DNA of 64,000 bases from Thermodesulfobacteriota bacterium (GCA_964291405.2 OZ219926.1:1984001-2048000); one strand, 5' to 3'. Shown: positions 39,470 to 50,201, counted from the first letter of the stretch. Notes: generated from the sequence alone by a model not told the origin. Translations and numbers: made by a program.

Positions 39470-39856
39470 ATGCCAGCACAGAAACCCGAAGAGTGCGATC
39501 TGTTGTTGCTCGAAGCAATCAAAGCCGGCGACCTGGAGACGGCCATCTCGCTCTATGAGCCGGACGCCACCTTTGTGGTGTCGCCCGAGCAGGTGGTCAA
39601 AGGCCACGACGCTATCCGCGAGGTCATGCAGGGCTTTATGGACGCCCAGGCCACGTTTAACGTCGAGGCGGTCACGGCGGTGACGAGCACGGACGGAACG
39701 GTGGCGGTTACGCGGGTGAAGGGCAGTAGTACCAGCCCGGGGCCGGATGGCAATCCGGTCACGACGCCGCTGCACAGTGTGGAGGTAGTGCGCAAGCAGG
39801 CGGACGGGACGTGGCGCTTCATCGTCGACGATCCCAGCGGCGAAGGCATCAAGTAA
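39470..39856 (+). CDS. SnoaL/NTF2-like (YybH) protein
   Basis: AGDL....LYEPDA, EVVRKQADGTWRFIVDDP. Confidence 0.85.
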   Translation: MPAQKPEECDLLLLEAIKAGDLETAISLYEPDATFVVSPEQVVKGHDAIREVMQGFMDAQATFNVEAVTAVTSTDGTVAVTRVKGSSTSPGPDGNPVTTPLHSVEVVRKQADGTWRFIVDDPSGEGIK

Positions 39857-39866
39857 AGGGCGGTCT

Positions 39867-41066
39867 CTACAGCGGGGACCCGCTCGGCAGCCCGACCAGC
39901 GTACGGCCGTAGGCTTCCAGCCCCGCCTCATAGTGCAGGGCGATGTGTTGGCTGACCGCATGCAGGTCACGCCAAATGCGCTGGACCGGGTGCTGGAGAT
40001 ACAGGGAGCGGCCACCGCTGAGCTCAAACAGCCGGTCAACTGCACGGGTGGCCTGCCGCACGATGTAGCTGCGCCAGGCGTAATACTTGGCCCGCTCCTG
40101 CGCGGTCGGGACGCGGCCCTTCTGTCCGTACTCCGTGACGAGTTCGTCCGTGCACTGCCACATCAGCCCCTCCAGCGCATCGACGGTGGTGGCGGCTTCG
40201 GCCAAAGCGATATAGGCACTGGCCGTGCCGGGCAGAGGGGTCTCGTTCGGGCCATAGACGGGGATACGAGCCCGCGTCCACTCCTCAAAATGAGCAATGG
40301 CCGATCGGGCCGATCCAATGGCTACCGGCACCAGCGCAACGCCCAGGGTGGGGATAAAGGGGAGCTGATACAAGGCGTTCGGATGCAGCTGTTGCCCAGG
40401 AGAAGTCCCGGTCCGTTCCGCCCGCTCCAACCAGTAGACCCGGTGGTGGGGCACAAACGCGTTCTCGACGACAACGGTATTGCTATCGCTTCCCTGCAAG
40501 CCCGCAACATGCCACTGGTCGTTGAGACGATAATCCGTCTTGGGAACGAACATCATCGTCCACTCGGGTGGCGCGTCCGGCTGGGGCGCCACCCGGGCCC
40601 CGACCGCGACCCAATCGCTACACCACAACCCGCTTAAAAAACTCCACTGGCCGTTGAGTTGGTATCCGCCGGAGACCTCTTGAGCCGCTCCCGTGGGAGC
40701 GAAGGAGTCGGCCATCAGCACACTCGAATCTTCCCCCCAGAGTTCCTCTTGCAGTTCGGGCTCCACGTAGCTGATCCAGAAGTTGTGAATCCCGAGAATG
40801 CAATACACCCAGCCGGTCGAGGTATCTCCTTTGGAAATCTCGGTCGCTACCTGGAGAAAGGTCCGCAAGTCTCGCTCATAGCCGCCCCAGTAGGTCGGTT
40901 GGAGGACACGCAGCAACTCGGAGTCCTTCAGCGCCTGCATCAGCGCGTCGGGCAGGCGGCGCTGCTGTTCGATGGTCTGCGCTTGCTCGGCCGCCAGCTG
41001 GGCGATCTCGCGGGCGCGCTCCAGCAGAGCGTCCGTTGTCAGAGCAGTCTGGGAATTGTCGCGCAT
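39867..41066 (-). CDS. Acyl-CoA-dehydrogenase-fold flavin-dependent monooxygenase (HsaA/C2-like oxygenase component)
   Basis: QP..WGG, LNGQWSFLSG, W.VAGLQGSDS, QRIWRDLHA..QH. Confidence 0.87.
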   Translation of the reverse strand: MRDNSQTALTTDALLERAREIAQLAAEQAQTIEQQRRLPDALMQALKDSELLRVLQPTYWGGYERDLRTFLQVATEISKGDTSTGWVYCILGIHNFWISYVEPELQEELWGEDSSVLMADSFAPTGAAQEVSGGYQLNGQWSFLSGLWCSDWVAVGARVAPQPDAPPEWTMMFVPKTDYRLNDQWHVAGLQGSDSNTVVVENAFVPHHRVYWLERAERTGTSPGQQLHPNALYQLPFIPTLGVALVPVAIGSARSAIAHFEEWTRARIPVYGPNETPLPGTASAYIALAEAATTVDALEGLMWQCTDELVTEYGQKGRVPTAQERAKYYAWRSYIVRQATRAVDRLFELSGGRSLYLQHPVQRIWRDLHAVSQHIALHYEAGLEAYGRTLVGLPSGSPL

Positions 41067-41215
41067 AGCTCCCTCCCCTTTATTGTATTCAGGCCTTGAC
41101 CCTCTGCATAAGAGGCGGTTTTATGCCCGTCACTCCGTTTGGTTGTTGATTGTCCGGGGATATGCCATACATACCCTTTAATCACTCGTGACTGCAATTC
41201 TCCTATGAGACTGCG

Positions 41216-42328
41216 ATGAAATTTGTCCTCCTGGTTATCCCGTATATGCGGGGACGCGGCGAGAGCGTCCACCTGCCGGGGGCCGACCCAGACCGCTTTC
41301 AGGTTCTGATGGGTCGCCTCAAGGAACAGATGCGGTTTGCCGAGTCGGTCGGCTACGACGGCTTTTGCATGACCGAGCAGCATTTACAGATCGAGGGGAT
41401 CGAGACCACGACCAACCCTTTGTTCTGGGATTACTTCGTGGCCCAGCACACGAAAACGCTGCGCGTTGGCCAGCTGGGTATGAATCTGACGGCGGTCAAT
41501 CCGATCAAGCTGGCCGAGGATATCGCCCTGCTCGACCACTTCACGGACGGACGGGTCTTTGTCGGTTTTACGCGCGGCAATACGCCTCGCTGGACGGCCA
41601 CCTTTGGCCAGCATCTCGATATCACCTCCGCCGAGTCTGACAAATCGACCGCAGACCGGCACAATCGGGCCGCGCTGTATGAGAACTGGCAGATTATCAA
41701 GAGTCTCTGGACCCAGGAAACGGTCCGTATTGACGGCCAGTTCTGGCAGGTGCCCAAGAAGATAGACTGGGAGTTTAAGCCGACGCAGGCTTGGGGCCGA
41801 GGCGTTGACGAGCAGGGCCGGCTGACGGAGATCGGCATTGTTCCCCGGCCCTTACAGCAGCCGCATCCGCCCGTCTATGCGCCTTTCAGCTACAGCATGG
41901 AAACCGGGCGGTTCTGGGCGCGCGAGGACGGCAAACTGGTCTCTTTTGTCACCAAAGACGACTTTCTGCAGATCACGCTTGACGTCTACCTGGAGGAAGC
42001 CCACAAGGTCGGCCGGAATCCCCGGCCGGCCGATGCCTTGGCCATTGGGGGGCATCTCGTCATGGGTCGGACGCCCGAGGAAACTCAAGACCTCTACCGC
42101 GGCTTCGAGGAGCTGTTCAACTTCGCTTATAACGCGCCCCCCTACTTCGTGCCCATGGGACGTCTGTGGATGGGCTCACAGCAGGAAGTCCTCGACCATA
42201 TTGCCGGGCTGGCCGAGCGTTTCGGCGTGGAGGAGTTCTTTCTGTGGCACCACGTCGGCTACTTCTCTCAGGAACAGGAGCTGGCCATGCTGACGCAGTT
42301 TGCCGAGGGCGTTATCCAACAAATATGA
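41216..42328 (+). CDS. LLM-class flavin-dependent oxidoreductase
   Basis: AESVGYDG...TEQH, NPIKLAEDIALLDH, PRPLQQPHPP. Confidence 0.85.
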   Translation: MKFVLLVIPYMRGRGESVHLPGADPDRFQVLMGRLKEQMRFAESVGYDGFCMTEQHLQIEGIETTTNPLFWDYFVAQHTKTLRVGQLGMNLTAVNPIKLAEDIALLDHFTDGRVFVGFTRGNTPRWTATFGQHLDITSAESDKSTADRHNRAALYENWQIIKSLWTQETVRIDGQFWQVPKKIDWEFKPTQAWGRGVDEQGRLTEIGIVPRPLQQPHPPVYAPFSYSMETGRFWAREDGKLVSFVTKDDFLQITLDVYLEEAHKVGRNPRPADALAIGGHLVMGRTPEETQDLYRGFEELFNFAYNAPPYFVPMGRLWMGSQQEVLDHIAGLAERFGVEEFFLWHHVGYFSQEQELAMLTQFAEGVIQQI

Positions 42329-42359
42329 CGAGCGCCGCGTAAGAAGGGGTTATTCGGAG

Positions 42360-44174
42360 ATGGACGAGCAAGATCACACCCAGTCATTTGATCCCGTGCT
42401 CTTCGCGGTCCTCAGATCGCGTATGGACGCGATTGCCAGCGAGATGGAGAAAACCCTGCTCGTGACCGGACGCAACCCGATCGTCTATTCGGCCAAGGAT
42501 TTCAGCTGTGCGGTGCTATCGGCCGAGGGCGAAGTCACCTCCATGGTGGAATGTCTGCCCATCCATGCGGTCACCCTGAGCCCCGCGCTCCGGGCGATTA
42601 TGGCCGCGTTCGACGATATCGAGGAGGGCGATTTATTTGCGATGAACTCGCCTTATCACGGCAACTCCCATGTGGGCGATTTGTGCATGTTCGTACCCTG
42701 TTTTCACGACAAGAGACTAATCTGCTGGATCGTGGCCAAGTGCCATACGATGGATTCTGGTGCGTATATTCCGACGAATCTCGATCCCCTCTCCAAGGAC
42801 ATCTACGAAGAGGGTCTGCACCTGCCACCGGTCCGCTTCTATCGAAAATACGCCGAAATCAAGGATGTGACCGGGATCTGGCTGACCAACGTCCGCTATC
42901 CAAAACAGTATCGAGGCGACTTCCTGGCCCAGGTTGGTGCGGTGCGCTTGGGGGAGAGGCGAGCCAGGGAGGTGTGCCAGAAATATGGCGGCCAAACGGT
43001 CAAGCACTTTCTACGAGAATATCTGGATTATAGCGACCGTCGGATGACGGAAGAAATCCGCACCCTACCGTCCGGCACCTGGTCGGACGAAGCGCTCAGT
43101 GAAAAATATGCCGGGATGCTGCCGGATGGAGCCCTGCTGAAGGTCGCCATGAGTATTGACCCTCAAGCCGCGACCATCACCTTTGATCTCTCCGATATGC
43201 CCGACCAGGTGGTTGGGGGCATCAATCTTTCAGAGTCATGTTCGCGCGGGAGCTGTGTGATCGGGACAATGGCCTGTCTTGATCCCAGCCTGCCCCGCAA
43301 CGATGGCGTCTACCGCCACATCAAGGTCATTCAACGCGAAGGCAGTATCGCCGGCAAGCCAGAGTGGCCGGCCAGTACCTCTCTGGCGACCGTCGGGATT
43401 AGTGATGAGATTTGCAATCTGGTGTTCAGACTCTGGGAGCAGGTGCGGCCCGGCATGGGTCATGGGGGCACCTGCTATGCCCCTGGGGTCCACGCGGTCG
43501 CCTCTGGAACCGATTTTCGTCGGAACCATGCCGCCTTCGGCCATTCTTATTTTCTGGCTGCCTGCAGTGGCGGCGGCGGCTCAAAAGGCGTCGACGGCTA
43601 TGCCTATATGGCGGCGAATGCCGCCATGGGCGGGAATCATACCGAATCGATTGAAGTCCATGAACTGAAGGTTCCGGACATTATCTGGGAAAACCGAATC
43701 ATTCCGGACTCCGGTGGTGCCGGGCAGTGGCGAGGCGGCGTCGCGTCGACCCAACTGGTCCAACCACGGAAGACGCAGCTAACAATTATTCCGTGGGGGA
43801 CCGGCCATACCTCAGCCCCGCACGGGATAGACGGCGGACGGTCGGGCATGTTGGCCGACCACTGGATTATCGATTTTGCGACTGGCGAGCAGGTCGAGCA
43901 CATGGCCAATATGGGACGCTACGTCTGTAAGGAAGATCAGGCCTGGTATGGCTGGCGCAACGGGGGCGGCGGGTACGGTGATCCGCTCGAGCGGGACCCG
44001 GAGAAAGTCAAAGACGATGCCCGCGACGGTTTTATTTCACTTGAGGCGGCCAGAAACACCTATGGCGTTGTACTTCATACCGAGCCGGAACTCTTTGCGG
44101 TTGACTATCCGGCAACCGAGCAGCTGCGCTGTGAACTTGCCTCCAAAAGGGGACGAGCGGGAGGGGGCTCGTGA
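42360..44174 (+). CDS. Hydantoinase B / oxoprolinase family subunit
   Basis: DFSC, NSPYHGNSHVGD, H..D.G, EEGL, DSGGAG.WRGG, GGGGYGDP..RD. Confidence 0.9.
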   Translation: MDEQDHTQSFDPVLFAVLRSRMDAIASEMEKTLLVTGRNPIVYSAKDFSCAVLSAEGEVTSMVECLPIHAVTLSPALRAIMAAFDDIEEGDLFAMNSPYHGNSHVGDLCMFVPCFHDKRLICWIVAKCHTMDSGAYIPTNLDPLSKDIYEEGLHLPPVRFYRKYAEIKDVTGIWLTNVRYPKQYRGDFLAQVGAVRLGERRAREVCQKYGGQTVKHFLREYLDYSDRRMTEEIRTLPSGTWSDEALSEKYAGMLPDGALLKVAMSIDPQAATITFDLSDMPDQVVGGINLSESCSRGSCVIGTMACLDPSLPRNDGVYRHIKVIQREGSIAGKPEWPASTSLATVGISDEICNLVFRLWEQVRPGMGHGGTCYAPGVHAVASGTDFRRNHAAFGHSYFLAACSGGGGSKGVDGYAYMAANAAMGGNHTESIEVHELKVPDIIWENRIIPDSGGAGQWRGGVASTQLVQPRKTQLTIIPWGTGHTSAPHGIDGGRSGMLADHWIIDFATGEQVEHMANMGRYVCKEDQAWYGWRNGGGGYGDPLERDPEKVKDDARDGFISLEAARNTYGVVLHTEPELFAVDYPATEQLRCELASKRGRAGGGS

Positions 44175-46285
44175 ATTATATCGTCACTTCGGATATGGGC
44201 GGGACATTTACCGATGTGGTCGTCAGTGAAAAGAGTGGCGCCGTCCAAGCCTTTAAGGCCTTAACCACACCGTCCGACCCGACCCAAGGAGTGATGGCGG
44301 GGATACAACTCGCTGCCGCTCACTACAACCTGGACCTCGGCGAATTTCTCGATCGAACCGACGCGTTTATCCACGGCAGCACAATCGCGACAAATACGAT
44401 CATTCAAATGAATGGCGCGAAAGTGGGCCATATGACCACGCGGGGGCACGAGGCTAGTTTGTACTGCCGATACGGTGCAAAGAAGGACACGTTTAATCTG
44501 GCGGTCGAATATCCGAAACCGCTCGTACGGAATTATCTGATCAAGGGCATTACCGAGCGCGTCACCGCGGAGGGCGAGATTCTCGTTCCTCTGGATGAGG
44601 ACGAGGTGCGGGCGGCAATCCGCCAGTTCCGGAAGTGGCAGGTCGGGGCCATTTCGGTCTGCCTCTTATGGTCGGTTGCCAATCCCTGCCACGAAAGACG
44701 TATCGCCGAAATCATTGAGGCAGAATGGCCCGAGGTTCCCTATTCGATCAGCTCCGAGGTCCAACCCGCCATACGAGAGTGGCCACGCGCCTCGGGCACC
44801 GTCCTGAATGCCATGCTCAAACCGGTCATGCACGCCTATATCAAAAAAACGCAGCGACAACTCCAAAGCGACGGCTTAAAGAACGACCTCCTGATGGTGG
44901 TGTCGAGCGGCGGGGTGGTCTATGGCGCAGACGCGGCCGAGAATCCTGTGATGACCCTCTTGTCGGGCCCCGCCCTGGGGCCGTCAGCGGGCGCCGTATA
45001 CGCAAAAGCCCACGGCACGGATCAGTGTCTAGTCATTGATATGGGAGGAACGAGTTTTGATGTCAGTATGGTCTCGGACGGCCGACCCATGGTGACCAAA
45101 GACATGTATATGGAAGGCCACCCGACCGGTGTCACCTCAGTCGAGGTCTTAACCCTGGGTGCGGGCGGAGGGAGTATTGCCTGGGTCGATAACGGTGGCA
45201 TGCTGAACGTCGGCCCCCACAGCGCCGGGGCCGACCCGGGTCCGGCCTGTTATCGGCGCGGCGGCACAGAAGCAACCGTCACTGACGCCAATGTCGTGCT
45301 CGGTTATCTCAACCCGGAGTCCATTGCGGATGGACGGATGGCTATCGACGCGGAGGCCGCCCGCCAGGCGATTCTGGAGAAAGTTGCCCGACCGCTGCGG
45401 CTTGATCCGGTCGAGGCGGCCAATGGGATTTATCGCGTTGTCAATCAAAACATGATCGGGGCGATGAACGAGGTCACGACCTGGCGAGGGATCGACCCCC
45501 GAGAATATCTCCTGGTAGCTGGCGGTGGGGCTGGCGGACTGCACGTCGCGCGTCTGGCGAGCGAGCTCCAGATCAAGAGCGTCGTGATTCCCAAGCTCGC
45601 GGGAGCCCTGTGCGCGTTTGGCATGCTGAACACCGATATCGTTTTCAGCGAGGTTAGCAGCGCCTTCACAACAAGCGTTGATTTTGATTTTGCTCGGGTC
45701 AATACGCAGTTGGCGGCGCTCGAGGCACGTGGTCGCAAAAAACTGATAGCCGCCGGCATCTGCGAGGCAGATATGGTCTTCGAGTACTATGTCTCGGCCC
45801 GATATCTGGATCAGGTGTATGAACTGGAAGTCCCACTGCCTGATTCCCACCTGAGCGCAGATAGTCTGGAGCGACTGATTGCGGCCTTCCACGCTTTGCA
45901 TGAACGACGCTATACCTATCGCGATGAAGACTCCTATCAGGAGTATACGGACTGGCGCGTAATTGCCCGGGGGCTCAGGCCAAAAGTGAGTTTTCGGGAA
46001 CAGGCGGATAGGGGAGCGGACGCGACGCCGTCCGTCACGGGCGTGAGAGCAGCCTATTTTGTGGAGACGGGAGGCTTTACCGAAACACCGGTCTATAACG
46101 GGAAAGTACTCGGCCATGGCATGCAAGTGACCGGTCCGGCCATTATCGAGGAGCCGACCTCGACCCTCGTCGTGATTCCTGGGGCAAGTGTGACGGTCAC
46201 CCAATGGGGCGATTATTTAATGGGGTTGGGCGATGCGAATGCGGAGACTGGCGTGAAACGAGCGGGCGGAGGTCTATACCCATGA
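44171..46285 (+). CDS. Hydantoinase A / oxoprolinase family subunit
   Basis: DMGGTFTD, HGSTIATN, SGPA, DMGGTSFD, GAGGGSI, SAGADPGPACY, GPAIIEE. Confidence 0.92.
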   Translation: MNYIVTSDMGGTFTDVVVSEKSGAVQAFKALTTPSDPTQGVMAGIQLAAAHYNLDLGEFLDRTDAFIHGSTIATNTIIQMNGAKVGHMTTRGHEASLYCRYGAKKDTFNLAVEYPKPLVRNYLIKGITERVTAEGEILVPLDEDEVRAAIRQFRKWQVGAISVCLLWSVANPCHERRIAEIIEAEWPEVPYSISSEVQPAIREWPRASGTVLNAMLKPVMHAYIKKTQRQLQSDGLKNDLLMVVSSGGVVYGADAAENPVMTLLSGPALGPSAGAVYAKAHGTDQCLVIDMGGTSFDVSMVSDGRPMVTKDMYMEGHPTGVTSVEVLTLGAGGGSIAWVDNGGMLNVGPHSAGADPGPACYRRGGTEATVTDANVVLGYLNPESIADGRMAIDAEAARQAILEKVARPLRLDPVEAANGIYRVVNQNMIGAMNEVTTWRGIDPREYLLVAGGGAGGLHVARLASELQIKSVVIPKLAGALCAFGMLNTDIVFSEVSSAFTTSVDFDFARVNTQLAALEARGRKKLIAAGICEADMVFEYYVSARYLDQVYELEVPLPDSHLSADSLERLIAAFHALHERRYTYRDEDSYQEYTDWRVIARGLRPKVSFREQADRGADATPSVTGVRAAYFVETGGFTETPVYNGKVLGHGMQVTGPAIIEEPTSTLVVIPGASVTVTQWGDYLMGLGDANAETGVKRAGGGLYP

Positions 46286-47463
46286 GCACGAACCAGAACA
46301 AGGTGGTTATCCTGGGCGGCGCCGGGGAAGTCGGGGGTCCATTTACCGAGGACCTAGCCGCGTGCCCAGAGGTCGGAGAGATTGTCATTGCGGATATTCA
46401 GCGCGAGCAGGCCGAAGCACTAGCGCTCTCTTTGGGTGATAAGGTCAGCGCCGTCGAGCTCGATCTTAGTGATCGAGCCAAAGCGCTCCGCCTGCTTGAA
46501 GGCGCCGATATGCTGATGAACTGCACCAGCCTGGTCAAATTCGATCAGGTCATCGACCTGGCCATCGAGGCACGGGTCAACTACGCAGACCTGATTTCCG
46601 AACCCACCCAGCAACAGCGCCAAGCCGCCGAGCAGGCGGGGATCACTGCCATTTCCGGACTTGGGCTCAGTCCTGGTGTTTCAAATGTGATTGTCCGCCA
46701 CGCGGCAGACGCCCTGGATGAAATCGAGGAAGCCCATATCAACGGCCTGAGTTGGCGAGCGATCGCCCCGTCACCTGGCGGGCTCGACACCATCCTGTGG
46801 GAGAATGGGCAGGATTGCCCCACGCGGCAATACTATCAGAACGGACGCTTCCATTGGGCGCGCCCGTTCGAGGGAACCCGGGTCGTTGAATTCCCTCCAC
46901 CGGTCGGTTCGCACCGGGTGTATTTTGTTCCTCATACCGAGGCGACTTCACTCGTCAAAAATTTTCCAAGCCTGAAGTTTTGCGCCGCGCGCGTCAGCTG
47001 GCGCGATGAATTAAGCGAGGACATTCGCGTGCTGAACAAATACGGACTGCTCGACCATACCCCCCTGCCCGGCTACGAGGGCATTACCGCCTATCAGGCC
47101 ACCTGGGCGCGTATCTGGGAAAAGTGGGGCGGCGTGCGGGATAGCGGAGCGCACGCCCTGTATATTAACGTCGAGATTATTGGGACGCGGGATGGACGAG
47201 CCTGGCGGCGCGTTTATAACGTTTCCCACCCTGCCGATTGGGGTCCCAAGGCGATTGGCAAGATGACGGGCATCTGTGCTGCGGTGGGAGCGCAACTCCT
47301 TGCCAGGCATGGTCGGACCCACACGGGATTCGTGGATGCCGAGGTCTATTTTGATCCGCCCGAGTTTTTCGCTGAACTTGAGAAGCGCGGGACGGTTTTC
47401 CTGAGTTGGGAAGAAACCCCGGTTGAGGGGGCCGCCCTGACCCGCCGAGCCGTCAACTCCTGA
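46282..47463 (+). CDS. Saccharopine dehydrogenase family oxidoreductase
   Basis: ILGGAGEVG, NYADL, GLGLSPG.SN, PHTE; ATGA overlap with upstream gene. Confidence 0.82.
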   Translation: MSTNQNKVVILGGAGEVGGPFTEDLAACPEVGEIVIADIQREQAEALALSLGDKVSAVELDLSDRAKALRLLEGADMLMNCTSLVKFDQVIDLAIEARVNYADLISEPTQQQRQAAEQAGITAISGLGLSPGVSNVIVRHAADALDEIEEAHINGLSWRAIAPSPGGLDTILWENGQDCPTRQYYQNGRFHWARPFEGTRVVEFPPPVGSHRVYFVPHTEATSLVKNFPSLKFCAARVSWRDELSEDIRVLNKYGLLDHTPLPGYEGITAYQATWARIWEKWGGVRDSGAHALYINVEIIGTRDGRAWRRVYNVSHPADWGPKAIGKMTGICAAVGAQLLARHGRTHTGFVDAEVYFDPPEFFAELEKRGTVFLSWEETPVEGAALTRRAVNS

Positions 47464-47552
47464 TTTCCATTTTGCTGGCCGTTTGGCTCGGCCCGTCCGG
47501 CCCTGTTTCCAAGCGATTTGTTCGCTAGAGTCGGACAGAGCGGCCGGCGAGT

Positions 47553-49139
47553 TCAGGTGAACCATCTTTCATCCCGCAGTTGAGCCCAGATTTTTTGGAC
47601 GACGGCCCCACCCTGGCGCTGCACCCGCGCGGCGTCATCGCTCACAAACTGGCCGTGAAAAACCTGGAATTTTCCGTCAACCATCACGTGTCGCACACTC
47701 AGGCCATGGGCGTAGAGCAGATTGTTGAGGGGTTCGGGCGGTACGGCTCCGGTCCCCGTCAGGAAGCCGCTGACATTAATCGTACACAGGTCTGCTTTGG
47801 CGCCGGGCGCAAGACGGCCCAGGTCCTCTCGTCCGAGCCCTTGAGCGGCGCCCAGAGTTGCGCCGTGGACGGCATCCCAAATAGTCGGCAGGTGTAGTGG
47901 AACGGGGCTGCTGGCGTGTAAGAGCCGGGCGCGCGCCCGGCCGTACAGAACGGCGAGTTTCAGGTTTTCGATATAATCGTTTGAATGGGTATCGATGCCG
48001 ATCGTCGTGCGCACGCCAGCGGCAAGCGCTTCCGGATAGGGTTGCGTGCCACTGCTGCCGCCGGCGCCATTGCCCGAAGGACAGTGCGCGTAGGTCAGAC
48101 TCTTGCCGGCCAAAAACGGCAGGTCGTGCCGGACATCAATCCCAGTAAGGTGGGCACCAAAAATGCGCTCGGAATAAAAGCCCAGTTCGTCCAACCAGGC
48201 GGCTGGCCGTTTGCCCCATACCCGCTGGACGGTCTGTGTCTCTTGGGCGCGTTGGGAGAGGTGGATATGAATCCCGTTACCGATTTCTTTGGCTGCGGCC
48301 AGAATAGCCGCCATCGTCGTAGGTGTATGCGTGTCCGTGGCATGCGGGGCCATTTGGGGCCGAATCCGCCCGTCTTCGCTGCCGTTGTGAGTCAGGGCAA
48401 ATTGTCGGTTGGCGGCAATCTCGGTCAGGGTCGTTTGTTCTGAGTCGGTCAGGACCTGGTCCGAACGCCGAAACCAGATGGGGAACAGCCGCGCGATACC
48501 GGGGATCATCCCGCCGGGATAGCCGCGCGCACCCCAACGCTTAGCAGTGCGGACGTAGGACTCGGCCTGACGTAGGCTCAGACTCATTTCCACCTGGGTC
48601 GTACAGCCCGAGCGAAGCAGCTCGGCAAGATTATAGGCGGTCAGGGCGTCGAGGTCTTCGGTGCTCAAAGACTCGACCAGTTCGAGCGGTCGGGCGTATG
48701 ACCGGCCGCCCTCAATAATCCCGCGGGTCGGGGTGGCCGAACAGGTGTGAGTGTGACCCGAAATAAACCCCGGTAGCAGGAGTTGACCGCTGGCTCGGAG
48801 CCGCGGCGTATCGCCCTGGAGCCGGCCGCTTTTGACCTGTTCGATACGGTCTCCGCGAACCCGGAGTGAGCAGTCCGGTAAAAGCGCGAGGCGGCCTTCA
48901 CGAAAAACCAGTCCCCACGGCGCTTCGATGATGCAATCGTGGTGCGGTGGTTGGTCTGGCGGTGGCGACGGGCCGGCAAAGAGGGACGGCGGAGCCTGAG
49001 CGCCGGTCGCTCCAAAAGCCGCCCCGGCCAGACCGCCCTGTACCAGGAGCTGGCGGCGGGTCAGACCACCCTCGGGCTGCTCGCCCGTCAGGTCCGGGCC
49101 GTCGCACCCAAAGCATCCACCGTAAAAAAACGGAGCCAT
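47553..49139 (-). CDS. Amidohydrolase with TAT-like leader, paralog 2
   Basis: Near-identical catalytic domain to 34327-35916. Confidence 0.88.
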   Translation of the reverse strand: MAPFFYGGCFGCDGPDLTGEQPEGGLTRRQLLVQGGLAGAAFGATGAQAPPSLFAGPSPPPDQPPHHDCIIEAPWGLVFREGRLALLPDCSLRVRGDRIEQVKSGRLQGDTPRLRASGQLLLPGFISGHTHTCSATPTRGIIEGGRSYARPLELVESLSTEDLDALTAYNLAELLRSGCTTQVEMSLSLRQAESYVRTAKRWGARGYPGGMIPGIARLFPIWFRRSDQVLTDSEQTTLTEIAANRQFALTHNGSEDGRIRPQMAPHATDTHTPTTMAAILAAAKEIGNGIHIHLSQRAQETQTVQRVWGKRPAAWLDELGFYSERIFGAHLTGIDVRHDLPFLAGKSLTYAHCPSGNGAGGSSGTQPYPEALAAGVRTTIGIDTHSNDYIENLKLAVLYGRARARLLHASSPVPLHLPTIWDAVHGATLGAAQGLGREDLGRLAPGAKADLCTINVSGFLTGTGAVPPEPLNNLLYAHGLSVRHVMVDGKFQVFHGQFVSDDAARVQRQGGAVVQKIWAQLRDERWFT

Positions 49140-49166
49140 CGTCCCTCTCCGCGCCGCCCGTCCCCG

Positions 49167-50201
49167 TCAGTGGTCGGCAAAGCGCGGCATGACTTCTTTG
49201 GCAAACAAACGCATCGAGCGAAGCGCCTTGTCGTGGGCCAGGCCGGGAAACTGCATCCGCACAATCAGATAATCCATCCCGAGCTTCTGCCGATATCGCT
49301 CGATTTCCTGACTCACACTATCCGGGTCGCCAATGATGAAGCGCCCCCGAATCTCCTCAAACTGCACCTCAGACTTGTCGGCCACCCGTTTGCCCTGATC
49401 GGTGGTGAACGGACGCCACTGCGACCAGGCGCCATACCACTCGCGGTGAATATACACCACATGCTCCCTGGCCTCCGCTTCCGCCTGGGCGGTCGTCTCC
49501 GCCACATACACATCCCGCATGACGGGTCTGAGCGGGCCCTGGGTGCCAAACGCGTCGCAAAAGTCCTGGTACATGGCGTAATGAGCTTCAAGCTCTTCGA
49601 GACGATGGCGCGGAGAGGCCAAGAGCGGCAGGCCGTATTTGGCCACCCGACGCACGCCCGCTTTAATGGAAGCGCCTATCCAGATGGGCGGATGGGGTTT
49701 TTGGACCGGCTTCGGTGTCACCGCCATATCCGTGTAGGAATAAAATTTCCCCGCAAACGAGAAGCGCTCCTGGGTCCAGGCCCGAATGAGGATATTCATG
49801 ATTTCTTCCATGCGCGCACCGCGTTTTTCGCGGGGGATACGAAATCCGGCGAATTCCTCGGGCCGGTATCCTGGGGCAATGCCGAATATCAAACGTCCTT
49901 CCGACAGCAGATCGACCACCGCCGCTTCTTCGGCCAGGTGAATCGGGTCGTAGAGGGGCAGCAGGATCACGCCGAGACCGATTTTGATGCGACTCGTTCG
50001 TGTCGCCATACCCGCGGCACAGGCCAGCAGCGCCGGAAGATAACCGTCTGGCAGAAAATGATGTTCGGTGAGCCAGACCGAATCATAGCCCAACTCCTCG
50101 GCGACCTCGATCTGTTCCAGCATCTCACGGTAGAGCTGGACGTGGCTGAACCCGCTCTCCGGCGGGGCTTGCATTCCATACGGGCCAAGACCGATCTTCA
50201 T
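49167..50201 (-). CDS. LLM-class flavin-dependent oxidoreductase
   Basis: GYDSVWLTEHHF, LAEEAAVVDLLSEGR, PKPVQKPHPP; start MKIGLG after AGGGAGGAG. Confidence 0.92.
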   Translation of the reverse strand: MKIGLGPYGMQAPPESGFSHVQLYREMLEQIEVAEELGYDSVWLTEHHFLPDGYLPALLACAAGMATRTSRIKIGLGVILLPLYDPIHLAEEAAVVDLLSEGRLIFGIAPGYRPEEFAGFRIPREKRGARMEEIMNILIRAWTQERFSFAGKFYSYTDMAVTPKPVQKPHPPIWIGASIKAGVRRVAKYGLPLLASPRHRLEELEAHYAMYQDFCDAFGTQGPLRPVMRDVYVAETTAQAEAEAREHVVYIHREWYGAWSQWRPFTTDQGKRVADKSEVQFEEIRGRFIIGDPDSVSQEIERYRQKLGMDYLIVRMQFPGLAHDKALRSMRLFAKEVMPRFADH

